Of a DNA stretch of 64,000 nt, positions 60,535 to 64,000 are shown in pieces. The stretch comes from Squalus acanthias (lineage: Eukaryota). Made by a program: the position numbers and the translations under genes. Location of the stretch: NCBI GenBank assembly GCA_030390025.1, contig CM059432.1, positions 36,086,001 through 36,150,000 of the forward strand, given 5' to 3'. How positions within the stretch are numbered: the first letter of the stretch is position 1; each line of letters starts with the position of its first letter. Under the pieces are notes generated by a model, which ran no database searches, had not been told where the DNA came from, and worked only from the letters and a program-made list of their open reading frames with translations.

Positions 60535-60956
60535 GTGGTGACCCCCCCCACCCCAAGGATCTGTGATCTGTGTTGGGATCTTTACCGATCTCAAAAATAT
60601 ATATAATGTGACTTTAGGAAGGAATAGACTGGTTAGTTAGTAGGTTGAACAGATAGATGTCAGATGAAACAATGTGGTGAACTGTGAGGTGAATCATTTT
60701 AGGAGGAAGAATAAGGAGAGGAAATATACACTAAATGGTAAAACTTTAGAAAGAGTAGAGGAGCAGAGAAATTTGGGGATTCAGATGCACAAATCTTTAA
60801 AAGTGAAGGAACTTTAATAAACCTGAGATCCTACATTTTATAAATGGGACATAGAGTACAGAAGCAACGAGGAAATGCAAAACCTATACAAATCATTGGT
60901 TAGGCCTCAGATCAACTTACTTTAGGAAAGATAATAAGATCATGGAACGCATGCAG

Positions 60957-61403
60957 AAAGAAAGAACTTGCATTTATATAGCGCCTTTCACAACCTCGGG
61001 TTGTCCCAGAGCACTTTACAGCCAATGAATTATTTTGAAGTGGAGTCACTGTTGTAATGTCGGAAACGAGGCAGCCAATTTGCACACAACAAGGTCCCAC
61101 AAACAGCATTGAGACGATGACCAGATAATCTGTCTTAGTTCTGTTTGTTGAGGGGTAAATATTGGCTAGGACAGCAGGGTGACCTCCCCTGCTCTTGGGA
61201 TCTTTTACGTCCACCTAAGAGGGAAGACGAGGCCTCAGTTTAACATCTCATCTGAAAGACGGCCCCTCCAACAGTGCAGCACTCCCTCAGCACTGCACTA
61301 GAGTGTCAGCCTAGATTTTGTGCCCAAGTCTCTGGAGTGGGACTTGAACCCATACCTTCTGACTCAGAGGCGAGAGTGCTACCAACTGAGCCACAGCTGT
61401 CAC
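60957..61403 (-). mobile_element. Full-length DeuSINE
   Basis: Family consensus in reverse orientation. Confidence 0.88.
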
Positions 61404-61728
61404 CAGAAGCGCTTCACTAAGATGATGCCAACAAAAGCTTACATTTATATCACCCCTTTGCGTAGAAACAACATCCCAAGGCACTCCTCAGAAGTGTAAG
61501 GAAAAAATAGACTCCAAAACAAAGAAGGGGAGATCAGGAGGGGCGACCAAAAGTTTGAACAAAGAGTTGGGTTTTCAAAATTATGAAGGTTTTGATAAGA
61601 TGAAGAGGACCAAACTATTTGTACTGGTCGGTAACTACATTTAAGATCAACAGCAAAAAAAACGAAGGGGGAAGTTCAGAGGAATGATTTTACTAACCTG
61701 TCTGTTTCTCTGCTCCGGTTCCTAACAG

Positions 61729-61840
61729 ATGGGTGTCTGTGACTCCAATGAGTGCCTGTCGCAGTGCTGCGGGGGTCACCGTGTTTGAAGGGAGGATCTA
61801 TGTCTCTGGAGGGCACGATGGACTACAGATATTTAATACG
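61729..61840 (+). CDS. KLHL18: KLHL18 exon (Kelch 4): [37 protein letters not shown]
   Basis: TACTAAC branch point at 61691, ctaacag/ acceptor, ACG/gtacgt donor, 112 nt, phase 2 to 0. Confidence 0.95.
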
Positions 61841-62099
61841 GTACGTTCTGGGATTTATCAGGAAACAAGCTCCAGCAGGGAAGAGAGGCAACAGAGCCGT
61901 GCATGAATGAAGAAAGCAGCTCAGTAATCCGTGTGATACTTCATAAGTGCAAAGACTGCGCAGCTAGACCACAAGTACAGCATCTTAAATCATTTTCTCC
62001 CCCTCTCCTCCTCGTGGTGCTCATTCTTGCTGTCAAGTGGAGCAGTTACAAAGAATATCAGGTTAGAAACAGGCTGATTGATTTTACCCTTGTAACCTA

Positions 62100-62557
62100 A
62101 GTATCAAATGATTCCAGGGCTTCACCCTCACCACCCTGGATGGGTGCAGCTGCAACAACACTCTACTAGTCCAATTATCCACTCCCTCCACCACAGGTGT
62201 ACCGCGGCTGCAGTGTGCACTGTCTACAGATGCATTGTGCAAGTCGCCAAGGCTTCTTTGGCAGCAGCTCCTAAACCCACGACCTCCACAACCTCGAAGG
62301 ATAAGGGCAGGCAGGTGCATGGGAACACCATCACCTCCAAGTTCCCCTCCGAGTCACACACCATCCCGACTTGATCGTCACTGGGTCAAAATTCTAGAAC
62401 TCCCTACCTAACAGCATTGTAGGAGCGCATTCACCAAACGGACTGCAGCCGTTCAAGAAACAGGCCCACAACCACCACCTTCTCAAGGGCAACTAGGGAT
62501 GGGCAATAAATGCCAGCCTTGCCAGCGACTCCCACATCCCAGGAATGAATGTAAAAA
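62100..62557 (+). mobile_element. 3' fragment of the LINE family seen at 870-3115
   Basis: HSLHHRCTAAAVCTVY and the same 3' UTR. Confidence 0.82.
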
Positions 62558-62768
62558 CCCTGCCCAGAAGTCTCTTTCATGTGAGATTCTGCACATAAAG
62601 GGGCTTCTGGGCAGGGTAGTGGAGGCAAAAAACTCTGAATCATTTAAGAATGAGTTGGGTGATGTGTTGGGAGAACTCTTGGTTAATCTAGATGAACAAG
62701 CTAAGATGGGTCAAATGGCTTTTTCTTGCTCTAGACTTTAAAACAAGCTCTTTTTTTAAATAAAACAG

Positions 62769-63155
62769 GTTGAATGTTATAATCATCACACCACTACCTG
62801 GTACCCCATGCCGAGTATGCTCAATAAACGCTGTCGCCATGGGGCTACGTCCCTGGGCAGCCAGATGTACGTCTGTGGCGGTTATGATGGCTCGGGTTTC
62901 CTGAGTATCGTGGAGGTTTACAACTCTTCTTCGGACCAGTGGTATCCGCTCGTCCCCATGAACACTCGCCGCAGTCGGGTGTCCCTCGTGTCGAACTGCG
63001 GCCGCTTGTACGCCATCGGTGGCTACGACGGACAGTACAACTTGAACTCGATGGAGATGTACGACACCGATACGAACCGCTGGACATTCATGGCCCCCAT
63101 GGTGTGTCACGAAGGTGGGGTTGGCGTAGGGTGCATCCCACTCCTCAGCGTGTAA
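62769..63155 (+). CDS. KLHL18: KLHL18 last coding exon (Kelch 5-6), ends [16 protein letters not shown]
   Basis: aaacag/ acceptor, 387 nt in frame to TAA. C-terminus is characteristic of KLHL18. Confidence 0.96.
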   Translation, partial: VECYNHHTTTWYPMPSMLNKRCRHGATSLGSQMYVCGGYDGSGFLSIVEVYNSSSDQWYPLVPMNTRRSRVSLVSNCGRLYAIGGYDGQYNLNSMEMYDTDTNRWTFMAPMVCHEGGVGVGCIPLLSV

Positions 63156-64000
63156 GGCAGTCATCGTTCTCCCAGTCACTGGAGTCTACTGCTTGGAAGC
63201 GGTGTGAAACAATGGTACATTTGTGGGGGCAACAAATGAACCCCAGTTTTTAGTGGCCCGCTGGTTGATATCCAGTGGCCAAAGACTATGCAGTGACCAT
63301 TACATCCTCCCAACAGAGATTGATAACTGTTACCAGTACTCAGTAGAGTCTGCGGATGTTTTTAAAGGCAGACATTTAAGTAAAATGATAATACTTTATA
63401 AATTACACTTTTTAAAAATGAATTCGAATGTTAACTTATGAATAACTTGTTTCAGTGATTACGCGAATGCAGAGCAGTGTATTAATAATGAAGACTGTCG
63501 GACTGGGTGTTACCATTGGTTAGACACTGTCCCTTCACCAGTGAGATCTGGGTTATGGTGTGGGAAATGGAAAACTGGCATACTAGGGGGTGCTCTTGTA
63601 GAGAGTTTTGCATCTGACCTATGCTGCACCTTACCTTTGAGTGCTTGCTGCTGACACTGGGTGTCTGAAATGGAAATGTTCCATTTCCCAGAGCTCACAT
63701 CGCCCCCACCTTAGTGAAAGGAGGAGGTTGAACGCTCACTCAAGTCCCCGGCTGATGGCCTGTCTTTCTGCAAAGGCTGATTATTCAGTGCGTGTGTGTT
63801 TAACCTGTTACTGGTCCGAGTAGTGTGTTGAATAGAACGTTTTCTCCTGTTCATTTATGTTAGAAAACCCTAATTCTAGGATAAATGGGTTGGTGTCTGT
63901 ATATATGGAAGGTTCTGATTGTTTTACATTTCTAGGATGGTATAATAATTAGTTCTTTATATACTGTGATAGTGCAGTCTGCTGCTGCCCCCAACCCAAG

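Overview
Vertebrate genomic DNA, almost certainly from a cartilaginous fish (shark-type V-SINE/DeuSINE and CR1/L2 repeat landscape). It is not prokaryotic, so most ORF-track entries are transposon debris or low-complexity artefacts. Two spliced + strand genes can be rebuilt by hand. (1) A complete 6-exon p75NTR-family receptor (CDS 13910-36075, 393 aa) with signal peptide, four intact cysteine-rich domains, TM helix, death domain and a TSVV C-terminus. Its juxtamembrane sequence and its position next to KLHL18 suggest the NRADD/NRH1 paralogue rather than NGFR. (2) The last five coding exons of KLHL18 (53632-63155). Its BTB/BACK exons are missing and probably lie in a 200-N gap beside a 2-kb GA-rich repeat. 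The most unusual structural signal is a family of small non-coding fold-back insertions (3457-3728, about 12009-12212, 17045-17487, relic at 27626-27700). They have near-perfect 70-183 bp arms, 13-14 bp target duplications, a shared one-sided tail of about 40 nt, and a minimal hammerhead-ribozyme motif on each strand, which is Penelope-like. Two of them sit at the identical nucleotide of two different CR1 copies. Also present are hAT MITEs with clean 8-bp TSDs, many SINE/LINE fragments and several tandem repeats. Repeat boundaries are approximate unless a TSD is quoted.
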